A DNA stretch of 64,000 nt from positions 108,049-172,048 of the forward strand of contig DHTA01000005.1 of the NCBI GenBank assembly GCA_002408565.1. Reading direction: 5' to 3'. Of the stretch, positions 45,399 through 55,169 are shown one piece after another. Position 1 is the stretch's first letter. Every line of letters begins with the position of its first letter. A program made the position numbers and the translations under genes. Source of the stretch: Patescibacteria group bacterium UBA5272. GTDB lineage: Bacteria > Patescibacteriota > Minisyncoccia > Phycocordibacterales > UBA5272. Below the pieces are notes generated by a model, which was not told where the DNA came from, did no database searches, and saw nothing but the letters and a program-made list of their open reading frames with translations.

Positions 45399-46667
45399 AT
45401 GTTAGATATTAAATTTATTAGAGAAAATCCAGAGCTTATTAAAATGGCAGCTCAAAAAAAACATTCTGATTTTAATGTTGACGAGTTAATAGAATTAGAC
45501 AAAAAAAGAGTTGAATTTTCTCAAAAAATAGAAGAGTTTCGAGCTAAACAAAATGCTGTCTCAGAAGAAATTGCAAAACTCTCTGGAGAAGAAAAACAGC
45601 GTAAGATTGCAGAGATGAGTCTTGTAAAAGAAGAAATGAAAAAGCTAGATCCTAAACTAACTGAGATTAGTGAAAAATGGAAAGAGCTAATGTTGAAAGT
45701 ACCAAATGTTCCAGATATGACTGTGCCAGATGGTAATTCTGATGCTGACAATCAAGAAGTAAAAGTTTGGGGAGAGAAAACGAAATTTGATTTTGAACCA
45801 AAAGATCATATTGAGATTATGGAAAATCTAAAGATGGTAGATTTTGAAAGAGGGTCTAAGGTACACGGTTTTAGAGGATATTTTTTAACTGGCGAAGGAG
45901 TTAGACTTTCTTTTGCGATTTGGAATTATGCTTTAGATTTTTTTAGCAAAAGAGGCTACAATCCTGTGATTCCTCCAGTCATTGTTCGTAAAGAAAATCT
46001 TTATGGCACTGGACATCTTCCTGGAGACGCTGATGACTATTATGTGACTCAAGATGATGACGCTTTAGCTGGTACAGCCGAAGTGCCACTTATGGGGTTC
46101 CATCGTGATGAGATTTTAGATATAAAAAGTCTTCCTATCAAATATCTTGGCTTTTCTCCTTGTTTTAGAAGAGAAGCGGGCAGCTATTCCAAAGATGTGA
46201 AAGGATTGATTAGGGTGCATGAATTTTATAAATTTGAACAATTTATACTTTGTGAAGCTAACCATGAAGAGTCTGTAAAATATCATGAAGAGTTAAATAG
46301 AAATACGGAAGAGTTTATCGAATCTTTAAAAATTCCATATCATACTGTTATTAATTGTGGCGGAGATTTGGGACAAGGTCAAGTTAAGAAGTATGATGTT
46401 GAGCTTTGGGTGCCAAAAGAAGAAAAATACAGAGAGATTTCTAGCGCTTCTTATTTTCACGATTTTCAAGCTAGAAGATCAAATGTAAAATATAGAGATG
46501 AAGAAGGTAAGGTTCGTTATGTACACTCTTTAAATTGTACAGCTATTCCTACCCCAAGAATTTTAGTTTCTTTAGTAGAAAATTATCAAAACGCAGACGG
46601 AAGTATTACTATTCCAGAAATTCTTGTTCCTTATATGCAAGATAAAAAAATAATTACTCACTCTTAA
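45399..46667 (+). CDS. serS: Serine--tRNA ligase
   Basis: N-terminal coiled-coil arm (MLDIKFIREN...) and the class II catalytic core (FRREAGS, GLIRVHEF motifs). Confidence 0.9.
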   Translation: MLDIKFIRENPELIKMAAQKKHSDFNVDELIELDKKRVEFSQKIEEFRAKQNAVSEEIAKLSGEEKQRKIAEMSLVKEEMKKLDPKLTEISEKWKELMLKVPNVPDMTVPDGNSDADNQEVKVWGEKTKFDFEPKDHIEIMENLKMVDFERGSKVHGFRGYFLTGEGVRLSFAIWNYALDFFSKRGYNPVIPPVIVRKENLYGTGHLPGDADDYYVTQDDDALAGTAEVPLMGFHRDEILDIKSLPIKYLGFSPCFRREAGSYSKDVKGLIRVHEFYKFEQFILCEANHEESVKYHEELNRNTEEFIESLKIPYHTVINCGGDLGQGQVKKYDVELWVPKEEKYREISSASYFHDFQARRSNVKYRDEEGKVRYVHSLNCTAIPTPRILVSLVENYQNADGSITIPEILVPYMQDKKIITHS

Positions 46668-46671
46668 AAAG

Positions 46672-47289
46672 ATGGCGAAAAAGAAGAAAAGAAAATTTAA
46701 AAAAGGATTTAAGGCTTTACTTTGGTTAATAATTTTGCTTTTAATAGCTGGAGGATTATTTTATTTGAATAATAAAAAAATAATTAGTTTTCAAAATATT
46801 TGGACGGAAACCAGTAATAAAGTTTTGAAAATAAAAGATTATTTAGAGAAAAAAGAAAAATCTACTGAGGCCACCGAAAATTCTCTTACCGATATTTTTG
46901 AAAAAGATAAGATAAACAAAGAAGAATATATTAGGATTTTTAGAACTCGTTTGCCAAGCAAAAATCTAAATTTTGCCTCTTCTAGCGAACCCTCTTTAAA
47001 TGGAGACATGAAAATCTTTTTACAGGACACCAGAGAAGAAATGGGATATTTATACGTCAATATTAATAATGATCCAGAATATGTTTGGATTACTTTTGTT
47101 TCAGCTGTAGACGCTGAGCCTTTAAAAACAGATTTGAAAAAGAAATTAAAATATTTAGATTATTTGGATTTGAGATTTTCTAACAAAGTTTTTTATAGAT
47201 TCCATAAAGAAAATGAAATTATACCTACCGTTAACACAAACATAGAAATGCCGATAGAGATTGCTACTTCTACCACAGAAATAAATTAA
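46672..47289 (+). CDS. Hypothetical membrane-anchored protein (205 aa)
   Basis: Basic N-terminus plus a TM helix. No family recognised. Confidence 0.4.
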   Translation: MAKKKKRKFKKGFKALLWLIILLLIAGGLFYLNNKKIISFQNIWTETSNKVLKIKDYLEKKEKSTEATENSLTDIFEKDKINKEEYIRIFRTRLPSKNLNFASSSEPSLNGDMKIFLQDTREEMGYLYVNINNDPEYVWITFVSAVDAEPLKTDLKKKLKYLDYLDLRFSNKVFYRFHKENEIIPTVNTNIEMPIEIATSTTEIN

Positions 47290-47295
47290 CAAAGT

Positions 47296-48369
47296 ATGAA
47301 AAATGATTTTATTCAAGAGCTGAAAGAGAAAATCAAAAAAGGAAAACCTTTAACCGCTTTAGCTCCTATGGCTGATGTGACAGATGAAGTTTTCAGAGAA
47401 ATGATAGTTAAATATTCTAAACCTTCAGGTCCGGATATTTTTTGGACAGAATTTGTTTCAGCTGACGGATTAAATAGCGTTGGTAAGAAAAATTTGATGC
47501 GTGATTTAGTTTTTAACAAAAAAGAATCTCCGATACTGGCTCAAATTTTTAGTTCTAAAAAAGAGAATATTTTAGAAGCTATAAAATTAGTTTACAAACT
47601 TGGTTTTAATGGGGTAGATTTAAATATGGGGTGTCCAGATAGAAGCGTAGAAAAACAACTTTCTGGTTCAGCTATGATGAAATATCCAAAGCTCTCTCGA
47701 GAAATTGTTGAGGCTTCCAGAAAATTAGTTGACGAAATAAATAAAAAAGATAAAACTAGACACTTTAGTTTTTCTGTAAAAACTAGACTGGGCTACAACA
47801 AAATAGAATATGAAAAATGGTTTCCAAATATTTTAGATTTTGAACCAGATATTTTTTCTGTACATTTGAGAACTAGAAAAGAATTGAGCTTAGTAGAGGC
47901 TCACTGGGAAATAAGTTTTGAAGTTGTAGATTTTATTAAAAAATATTGCAAAGGAAATGATCTGAAGACTCCTATTATATTTTTAAATGGAGATGTTAAG
48001 AGCCCGATACAAGTCAAAGAAAAAATAAAACTTTCCACTTGCGATGGAATAATGATTGGCAGGGGAGCCTTTGGCACACCTTGGTTTTTTAATGAAAAAG
48101 AATTTAAAAAAAGAGAAGAGCAAAATTTAGATAGTAAAAAAGGGAAAGAGAACATTTTATACAGATTAGAAATTTTAAAAGAACATACCAAACTTTTTGA
48201 GAAAAAATTAAACAATTTCAAAAGTTTCAACTTAATGAAAAAGCATTATAAAGCCTATGTAAATGGTTTTGATGGGGCTAAAGAGTTGAGAGTAGATTTG
48301 ATGGAAGCTAAAGATTATAAAGAGGTAAAAAAGATTGTAGATAATTTTATAAAGAATAGACTAAAATAG
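47296..48369 (+). CDS. tRNA-dihydrouridine synthase (Dus family)
   Basis: LAPMADVTDEVFREM (Dus signature LAPMAxVTD) and a TIM-barrel FMN-binding core. Confidence 0.8.
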   Translation: MKNDFIQELKEKIKKGKPLTALAPMADVTDEVFREMIVKYSKPSGPDIFWTEFVSADGLNSVGKKNLMRDLVFNKKESPILAQIFSSKKENILEAIKLVYKLGFNGVDLNMGCPDRSVEKQLSGSAMMKYPKLSREIVEASRKLVDEINKKDKTRHFSFSVKTRLGYNKIEYEKWFPNILDFEPDIFSVHLRTRKELSLVEAHWEISFEVVDFIKKYCKGNDLKTPIIFLNGDVKSPIQVKEKIKLSTCDGIMIGRGAFGTPWFFNEKEFKKREEQNLDSKKGKENILYRLEILKEHTKLFEKKLNNFKSFNLMKKHYKAYVNGFDGAKELRVDLMEAKDYKEVKKIVDNFIKNRLK

Positions 48370-48423
48370 ATTTATATTCTTGTCAAATTTTAAAAAACAA
48401 GCATTTTATAATATACTTTTAAT

Positions 48424-49509
48424 ATGAAAGATGAAAAAACGACCCAAAAAGACGAAAACGTCCGTCATTTAGCTTTATATAGAAAATATCGTCCTCAGGA
48501 ATTTAAAGAGGTCTTAGGGCAAGATTTGGCCATTCAGGTACTAGAAACTGCCATTGAGCAAGACAAAATCTACCACGCTTACATTTTTGCTGGAGATCGT
48601 GGTACTGGTAAAACCACTGTGGCCAGGATTTTTGCGAAAAATATTGGTTGTTCTCAAGATGACATTTTTGAACTAGATGCAGCCAGTAACAATAAAGTAG
48701 AAGATATTCGTCTCATTATTGATGCTACTCAAGCTTCAACTTTTGGCTCCAGATATAAAGTTTACATCTTAGACGAAGCTCACATGCTTTCTAGATCAGC
48801 TTTTAATGCACTCCTAAAAACTTTAGAAGAGCCACCAAGTCATGTGATTTTTATTTTGGCTACTACGGATAAATATAAAATTCCAGACACCATCATTTCT
48901 CGTTGTCAGGAAATCAATTTTGCTTCACCAGATATTAAAAGTTTAGAAAAACTAATTACTTCAGTTAGCAAAAAAGAAGGTATTGAAGTTGACTCTGGGG
49001 CTAAAAAGAAAATCGCTGAAGAAGGTCGTGGATCATTTAGGGACACTTTAAGCGTTTTAGAGAAAATTTTAAACACCTTAAATAAAAAAGAAATTTCTCT
49101 TGAAGATGTAAAAAAGATTTTTGGTACAGTGGAAGACGATGAAATCTTTAATGTCTTAGAAGCTATTACTGAAAAGAATGTTTACAAGCTTTTAACTTCT
49201 CTAAATAATTTAAAACTTGAAACCAGTCAAATAGTAGACAGAGTTTATGTGGAAATAGTAAAAATGTTTGAACTAGCTCTTTTTATGAGATATTTGACCC
49301 TAGAGGAAGCTAAAGAAATTTTTATGGGACAAGAAGGGGAAAAGCTTATCAGAAAAACCAAAGCTTTAGCCGAGAAACATCCAAAAGTTATTTCTTCTGG
49401 TAATTTGTATAGTTTGTTAGAAATAGAGAAAGAATTAAATCAGAATTCAAATCTTAAGAAGAGTATATTAAAAACTGGTTTGATTAGAATATTAGAGAAT
49501 GTAGAATAA
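48424..49509 (+). CDS. dnaX: DNA polymerase III subunit gamma/tau, short gamma-like form
   Basis: KYRPQEFKEVLGQD, Walker A FAGDRGTGKTT, DEAHML and SRC motif (ISRCQ). 361 aa. Confidence 0.8.
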   Translation: MKDEKTTQKDENVRHLALYRKYRPQEFKEVLGQDLAIQVLETAIEQDKIYHAYIFAGDRGTGKTTVARIFAKNIGCSQDDIFELDAASNNKVEDIRLIIDATQASTFGSRYKVYILDEAHMLSRSAFNALLKTLEEPPSHVIFILATTDKYKIPDTIISRCQEINFASPDIKSLEKLITSVSKKEGIEVDSGAKKKIAEEGRGSFRDTLSVLEKILNTLNKKEISLEDVKKIFGTVEDDEIFNVLEAITEKNVYKLLTSLNNLKLETSQIVDRVYVEIVKMFELALFMRYLTLEEAKEIFMGQEGEKLIRKTKALAEKHPKVISSGNLYSLLEIEKELNQNSNLKKSILKTGLIRILENVE

Positions 49510-49875
49510 CTAAATCTGAAGGCTAAATCAGGTTTAAGATAGATTAAGTCTTTATATTAATAAACAAAGCTTTTCTTGTTTTTTATATGTATAGTGTCGT
49601 AAAAGAGAGATTGTGCGACACTGTATAAATTAAAACATCCTAAACCCTTTTTCTTATTAAAGCACTTTTATCAAGATTCAAGATTTTTAATATAAACAAA
49701 ACACACGGTGTCGAACCGTGTGTTTTGCTAGTCACCCAGACTATTAATATTTTGTAGATTCAATTTCTTGAATCTGTAGGAGAGACAGAAATGTGGGATT
49801 TTTCTATCTCCCCTATTAAAAAGTATAGCAAGATATCAAAGAGCGAAAAGATTTACAAAATTAAAAAATATTGTA

Positions 49876-50115
49876 TTATTTTTTACCAAAAACTTCTAAT
49901 TCTATTCCTGTAGTAAACTTTACAATCGAAACCACACCTTTCCAAAAGCGTTCAAAGATTTCTGGCAAATTGACGCTTTTAAAAATATAGAAGAAATCAA
50001 ATTTTCCTTTCTCATGATTTCCTTTAGTCAAAGTAGCGCAGATAGCCGAATAGCCCAACAAGAAAGCTATAAAACAATAAATTATAAGTCTTAATAAATA
50101 TATTTCTACCACCAT
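49876..50115 (-). CDS. Hypothetical small hydrophobic protein (79 aa); uncertain
   Basis: The only sizeable ORF in a 750-bp gap. TM-like N-terminus. Its ATG overlaps the stop of an upstream 38-codon hydrophobic ORF (ATGGTGGTAG). Confidence 0.25.
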   Translation of the reverse strand: MVVEIYLLRLIIYCFIAFLLGYSAICATLTKGNHEKGKFDFFYIFKSVNLPEIFERFWKGVVSIVKFTTGIELEVFGKK

Positions 50116-50222
50116 ATAAAGAAATTTCTTTTAACAGTCAAAAAGAAACCTAGGACTATACCGAGGATGAATAGGAGAATAAATAAAAGTAATAAGTCGT
50201 TTAAAGCCATTCTGATTAACAT
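50106..50222 (-). CDS. Putative 38-aa hydrophobic mini-ORF (MLIRMALNDLLLLFILLFILGIVLGFFLTVKRNFFIWW); uncertain
   Basis: Hand-translated. It is translationally coupled by a 10-nt overlap to the 79-aa ORF. It may be spurious. Confidence 0.2.
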   Translation of the reverse strand: MLIRMALNDLLLLFILLFILGIVLGFFLTVKRNFFIWW

Positions 50223-50261
50223 GGTTTTATACTACAATATTCAAAAAAAGATTGCAATTCT

Positions 50262-51602
50262 TTAAAAATTTACTAAAGCTTTCAAAGCATTATCAATTCT
50301 AAGCAGAGATTCTTCCTTACCTAAAATATTTAATAAAGATTTTGGATCTGGAGATTTATCTTTGCCTGATAGAACGTAACGTAATGGCCAAAGTATGTCT
50401 CCTTTACCTTTTTCTTCGGCTAATTTGTATATTTCTTCCCAGCACTCTTCTATTTCTTTTGATTCAGCAAGAATGTTTTTAATTAGATTTAAATTGATTA
50501 CAGCATTATCTTTATCTGACTTTTTCCAAATTATCTCTGAAGGATTATTATAAACTGGAGCGTTAAGGTAAAAATCTAATTCTCCATCTTCTTTCATTTT
50601 TTTCAATTCTCCATAATAGCTAAGTCTGTCTACTAAAATCGGTCTTAATTTTTCTAACATAACAGAAGTATATTTTTCAGATTCTGGTAAATATTTTTTA
50701 AGATATTCTAATTGTTCTGCTTCAGATTGAAGTTTGATATATTCCTTATTAAACCAATTTAGTTTTTCAATATTAAAAACCGCTCCACCTTTTTGTACCC
50801 TTTCTATATCAAATTTTGAAATAAGCTCTTCCAAAGAATAAATCTCTCTTTCTCCGCCCGGATTCCAGCCTAAAAAAGCTAAGAAATTTATAAAAGCTTC
50901 TTTTAGGTAACCGTTGTTTTTATAATGTTCCACAGAAACTATTTCTCCGTGTTTTCTTTTAGAGAGTTTTTCTTTGGTTTCTGAAAGAATTAGTGGTATA
51001 TGAGCATAAGTAGCTCTCTCTCTTTCTCCAATAGCTTCCCAAATCAAAATTTGACGTGGAGTGTTAGCTAAATGTTCTTCCCCACGAATAATATGAGTTA
51101 CATTCATGAGAATATCATCTACAACATTGGAAAGATGAAAGACTGGTTCGTCTAAACTTTTAGCAATAACAAAGTCTCCAAGATCTGTAGTGTCTACTGA
51201 AACTTCTCCCCGAATAAGATCGGTGAAAGTGATAATTTTATTTGGATTTTTAAAACGAATCACTTCGTCTCTTTGACTTTCTTCCAAAACTTCTTCTTTA
51301 GAAAAATAAGCGTGACCGTTCTCAATTAATTTTTCTAAATATTTTCTATGAATAGGAAAATTGTCGGACTGCTTTTTTGTCTCATCAAATTTTAAATCTA
51401 ACCACTCAAAAGCTCTCAAAATACCTTCTGTAAATTCTTCTTTATTTCTTTCTAAATCAGTATCTTCTATTCTTAAAAGAATTTTACCTCCCTTTTGTTT
51501 AGTGTAAAGATAATTAAAAAGTGCAGATCTAGCTCCGCCAATATGAAGGAATCCTGTGGGACTAGGAGCAAAACGAGTTATTATATTATTGGTTTTTGAC
51601 AT
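50262..51602 (-). CDS. gltX: Glutamate--tRNA ligase (probably non-discriminating)
   Basis: RFAPSPTGFLHIGGARSALFNYL (HIGH region) and KLSKRK (KMSKS-type). Confidence 0.9.
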   Translation of the reverse strand: MSKTNNIITRFAPSPTGFLHIGGARSALFNYLYTKQKGGKILLRIEDTDLERNKEEFTEGILRAFEWLDLKFDETKKQSDNFPIHRKYLEKLIENGHAYFSKEEVLEESQRDEVIRFKNPNKIITFTDLIRGEVSVDTTDLGDFVIAKSLDEPVFHLSNVVDDILMNVTHIIRGEEHLANTPRQILIWEAIGERERATYAHIPLILSETKEKLSKRKHGEIVSVEHYKNNGYLKEAFINFLAFLGWNPGGEREIYSLEELISKFDIERVQKGGAVFNIEKLNWFNKEYIKLQSEAEQLEYLKKYLPESEKYTSVMLEKLRPILVDRLSYYGELKKMKEDGELDFYLNAPVYNNPSEIIWKKSDKDNAVINLNLIKNILAESKEIEECWEEIYKLAEEKGKGDILWPLRYVLSGKDKSPDPKSLLNILGKEESLLRIDNALKALVNF

Positions 51603-51664
51603 AAAAAGCTTTATTTACAAAGGAAATATAACACAGAATCCCCTGTTTTTACTATTGACAATTC

Positions 51665-52801
51665 TTAATAATTGTGTGATATACCTATTTTTACAATCTC
51701 TTCAGCTATTGTCTCTGCGGCTCCGGCTTTAAAATTTTCAACATTATTAAGCTGTAATTTTAAATATTTTTCTTTATTTTCTAGAATATTTTCTATAGTG
51801 TTTGATAGAATATTTCTTTTCAAATTAATCTCTTCGATAACTACAGAACATCCAGCTTTTTCAAAAATATAAGCATTATTCATTTGATGATTATTGTTGC
51901 TATTGGTAATAGGAATAATTATTGACGGAATACCCCAAGCAGACAATTCGAAAAGAGTTGAACCTGCTCTGGTAATACAAAGATCAGCTGACTCGTAATA
52001 TTTAGAAAGCTGACCAAAAGGAAAGTAAAAGTAATTTTGTCTATTTGGATTATTTTTTAACAAGACTTCGCTAGCGATTTCTACTGCTTTTAAATTGTTA
52101 TCCCCCACTTGATGAATCACATTATATTTTTCTAACAATTCTGGTAAAATTTCTAAAACTGTATTGTTTATAATTTCACTTCCTTGCGAGCCACCGATTA
52201 CTAAAATATTTTTTCTTTGATTTTCACTATGAATGATTTCATTTTTTGTATCTAAAAGTTTTTTTTCAATTTGAGCTTTCGTAGGCAAATATTCTTGCAT
52301 AATAGGTTGTCCGGTATAAGCAGTCTTTTTAAGATTAAAATATTTGGCGGCATCAACATAACTAACGGCAACTCTTTTCGCTAATTTAGATGCTAGAATA
52401 TTACTTCTACCTGAAGCTGAGTCACTTTCGTGAACAATAATAGGAATAAATAAAAATTTAGCTGCAAAAACCACAGGCATACTAGCATAACCGCCTTTAG
52501 CAAAAACTACATCTGGATAAATTTTAAAAAGATGATATAGGGCTACAAAAAAACCAAAAATAGATTTTAAGGGATCTAGAAAATTTTTCAAAGAAAAATA
52601 AAGCCTTAATTTCCCAGCAGGAATTTTTACAAATTTTATTTTTTTCCTTTCCAGTAATTGCTTATCATATTCTTTATCTGACAAGAAAAAAATCTCAGCG
52701 TCAATAATTTTTTGAGCCTGAGCTTCTTTTTCTACCTTTTCAGCTACAGCTATTAAAGGGTAAAAATGTCCTCCTCCCGCTCCTGTTAAAACAACTCTCA
52801 T
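51665..52801 (-). CDS. murG: UDP-GlcNAc:lipid I GlcNAc transferase MurG
   Basis: MRVVLTGAGGGHFYP (G-loop), a GT28 C-terminal domain and dcw context. Confidence 0.85.
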   Translation of the reverse strand: MRVVLTGAGGGHFYPLIAVAEKVEKEAQAQKIIDAEIFFLSDKEYDKQLLERKKIKFVKIPAGKLRLYFSLKNFLDPLKSIFGFFVALYHLFKIYPDVVFAKGGYASMPVVFAAKFLFIPIIVHESDSASGRSNILASKLAKRVAVSYVDAAKYFNLKKTAYTGQPIMQEYLPTKAQIEKKLLDTKNEIIHSENQRKNILVIGGSQGSEIINNTVLEILPELLEKYNVIHQVGDNNLKAVEIASEVLLKNNPNRQNYFYFPFGQLSKYYESADLCITRAGSTLFELSAWGIPSIIIPITNSNNNHQMNNAYIFEKAGCSVVIEEINLKRNILSNTIENILENKEKYLKLQLNNVENFKAGAAETIAEEIVKIGISHNY

Positions 52802-52861
52802 AATCTTTTATTTGTTAATTTATATTAATATAATTATATCTTATATGTCCTGAAAAGAAAA

Positions 52862-53989
52862 CTATATCTCTACTCTGTGACGAGAAATATTTAACAAAAC
52901 TCCTAGCTCAAACATTAAAAATGTGAGAGAAGTTCCCCCTTTTGAAACCAAAGGAAGTGGAATACCCGTTAAAGGAGTGATGCCAATAGATGAACTAATA
53001 TTTAAAGCCATTTGGAAAAAGAAAGTCGAAATTATGCCTATAATTAATAATTTTCCAAAACTATCAGTGGCTCTTTTGGAAATAAAGATACCTCTCATAA
53101 TAATAGAAAAAAAGAGACTTAATAGAATGATTGATCCGACAAAACCAAGCTCTTCAGCATAAACCGCAAATACTGAGTCTGAAATTTGTTCTGGTAAATA
53201 ATTGAATTTTTGTATAGATTGTCCTACCCCTCTACCAAATAGACCGCCAGAACCTACAGCTATCAAAGACTGATTTAAATGATAGCCAGAACCTAAAACT
53301 TCTCTTTCTGGTTGTATAAAAGTTAAAACCCTTTCTTTCATATAAGGTCTGACTTGAATCAAAACCAAAAAAGTTAAAATTCCGGCAACTATTAAAATCA
53401 ACACATCTCTCATTTTTGCTCCACCTACAAAGTACACAATAAAAGCCGGAATTAAAACAACTAAAAATGTTCCAAAATCTGGTTGAACCAAAAGTACCAA
53501 ACCCACTATAAATACAAAAGTCAAAAAGGGTAAAAGTCCAAATTTTATTTTGTTAAATTGTTTAGAATATTTGCTACAGTAGGCAGCGATTAAAATTACG
53601 CTAGCAAATTTCAATGATTCACTAGGTTGAATCGAGATATTAAAAATATGAATCCAACGATTAGACCCATTATAAGCGAATCCTAAATTTGGGATAAAAA
53701 CGCTTAAGGTAAACAAAACAGCCAAAATAAATAAAATGATAGAATATTTTTTATAATATTTATAATCTATTTTAGAACCTATAAAGAGTGCCAAAAATCC
53801 AAAAATAAAAACATAAAACATCTGGGATTTTACGACAGAAAAAAATTTTAATTCGTTACTAGGAAGTATACCTAGAGCTGCTGACAAGAAAATTAATATA
53901 CCAACAACAATCAAAACTATGATTAAAATCAAAAAAACTTTATCTACTTTCAATTTACTATTTTTAAAATTCTGAAAAACTTTTGCCAT
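52862..53989 (-). CDS. ftsW: SEDS-family peptidoglycan polymerase FtsW
   Basis: Ten-TM FtsW/RodA family pattern. Sits between mraY and murG. Confidence 0.8.
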   Translation of the reverse strand: MAKVFQNFKNSKLKVDKVFLILIIVLIVVGILIFLSAALGILPSNELKFFSVVKSQMFYVFIFGFLALFIGSKIDYKYYKKYSIILFILAVLFTLSVFIPNLGFAYNGSNRWIHIFNISIQPSESLKFASVILIAAYCSKYSKQFNKIKFGLLPFLTFVFIVGLVLLVQPDFGTFLVVLIPAFIVYFVGGAKMRDVLILIVAGILTFLVLIQVRPYMKERVLTFIQPEREVLGSGYHLNQSLIAVGSGGLFGRGVGQSIQKFNYLPEQISDSVFAVYAEELGFVGSIILLSLFFSIIMRGIFISKRATDSFGKLLIIGIISTFFFQMALNISSSIGITPLTGIPLPLVSKGGTSLTFLMFELGVLLNISRHRVEI

Positions 53990-53992
53990 AAA

Positions 53993-55093
53993 TTAGGATA
54001 TGATGTATATAGCAATACCAAGTAAAGCGAAAATTGCTCCAAAAATCCAATATCTCATCACCACTTTTTCTTTACTCCAACCAAGATACACAAAAGTGTT
54101 GTGAATTGGTGTAACGGGAAAGATTTTCTTTTTCCTGAATTTTTTAGATAATAATTGCAAAATGGTGGTTATTTCGGTAATCACAAAAGGCATAGCAATA
54201 ATTAAAAGCAAAAATACAGCATCAGTCATTACAGCAATTAAGCCAAGCAATATGGACAAAGGCATATAACCTACTTCTGAAAGATAAAATCTAGCTGGAG
54301 GTATATTAAACCAAAGAAAAGCCAAAATTCCTCCAACTACCACAAAACAAAGAGTAGCAATGTCTATTTGGTTATTGATAAGAGCTATCACGCCATAAGC
54401 TGAATATAAAATAGCGAAAAGCCCACCAGAAAGGCCATCTAATCCATCTATGTTTGAAGCTCCGTACATTCCTAAAAAGACCAAAATGAATAGTAGTATT
54501 ATATATTTACCAAAATAAATCTCCCCCAAAAACGGAATCGTGAGAGTTGTAAAATCAAGTTTTAAGAAAAACCAAAGCCCAGCTACTATGGCAAAAGCTA
54601 TAACAAATATTAAACGAATCTTGAGAGGCATACCCACTTCTCCTTTTTTTTTCACTTCTAAGACTCCAACTGAAGCCAAATCGTCTAAAAGTCCTATTAA
54701 GGCTGCCAAGATAAAAATGATTATTGGAAGCCAGGTTTGATTTCTAGAAATAAAATTTAGTTTTTCAAAAATATTAAAATGAAAGAAATCTGGCAAGATT
54801 GCGTAAAGTAAAATACAAAATAATACAGAAAAAACAATAATCAGCCCTCCCATTCTAGGAGTTTCTCTTTTTCCATCATTCAAAATGGAGGCAGTAATGG
54901 TAGCTTGATTACCATCAATAGTTTTGGCTACATTTTTCTTTTTCCAAAGCTTTTTTTTGTAAAGAAAATCCGACAAAATCGGAGTAATTAAAATTCCAAA
55001 GAAAAAGGCCGTAATACTAGGCCAAAGTATTTTAAAAATAGAAAGAGATGAGAAGGCAAGTTCTAAATTTTGCCCACTAATTGGTCCAGGCAT
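53993..55093 (-). CDS. mraY: Phospho-N-acetylmuramoyl-pentapeptide transferase MraY
   Basis: LIGLLDDL and ASNIDGLDGLSGG (NxxDGxDGL) motifs. Polytopic membrane protein. Confidence 0.8.
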   Translation of the reverse strand: MPGPISGQNLELAFSSLSIFKILWPSITAFFFGILITPILSDFLYKKKLWKKKNVAKTIDGNQATITASILNDGKRETPRMGGLIIVFSVLFCILLYAILPDFFHFNIFEKLNFISRNQTWLPIIIFILAALIGLLDDLASVGVLEVKKKGEVGMPLKIRLIFVIAFAIVAGLWFFLKLDFTTLTIPFLGEIYFGKYIILLFILVFLGMYGASNIDGLDGLSGGLFAILYSAYGVIALINNQIDIATLCFVVVGGILAFLWFNIPPARFYLSEVGYMPLSILLGLIAVMTDAVFLLLIIAMPFVITEITTILQLLSKKFRKKKIFPVTPIHNTFVYLGWSKEKVVMRYWIFGAIFALLGIAIYIIS

Positions 55094-55169
55094 ATGTTTT
55101 TATTGTTTTATTAAATAATAAAAACATTATATCACTATTTTATCTTTGCAAAACCTTGACAATTTTTGA

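Noticed and set aside
49510-50260. RNase P RNA, tmRNA or SRP RNA in the large ORF-poor gap
   Set aside because: I could not find the conserved P4 (AGGAAAGTCCGGGCTC), tmRNA tag/tRNA-like ends or SRP domain IV motifs by eye. It is kept as an unexplained structured region instead.
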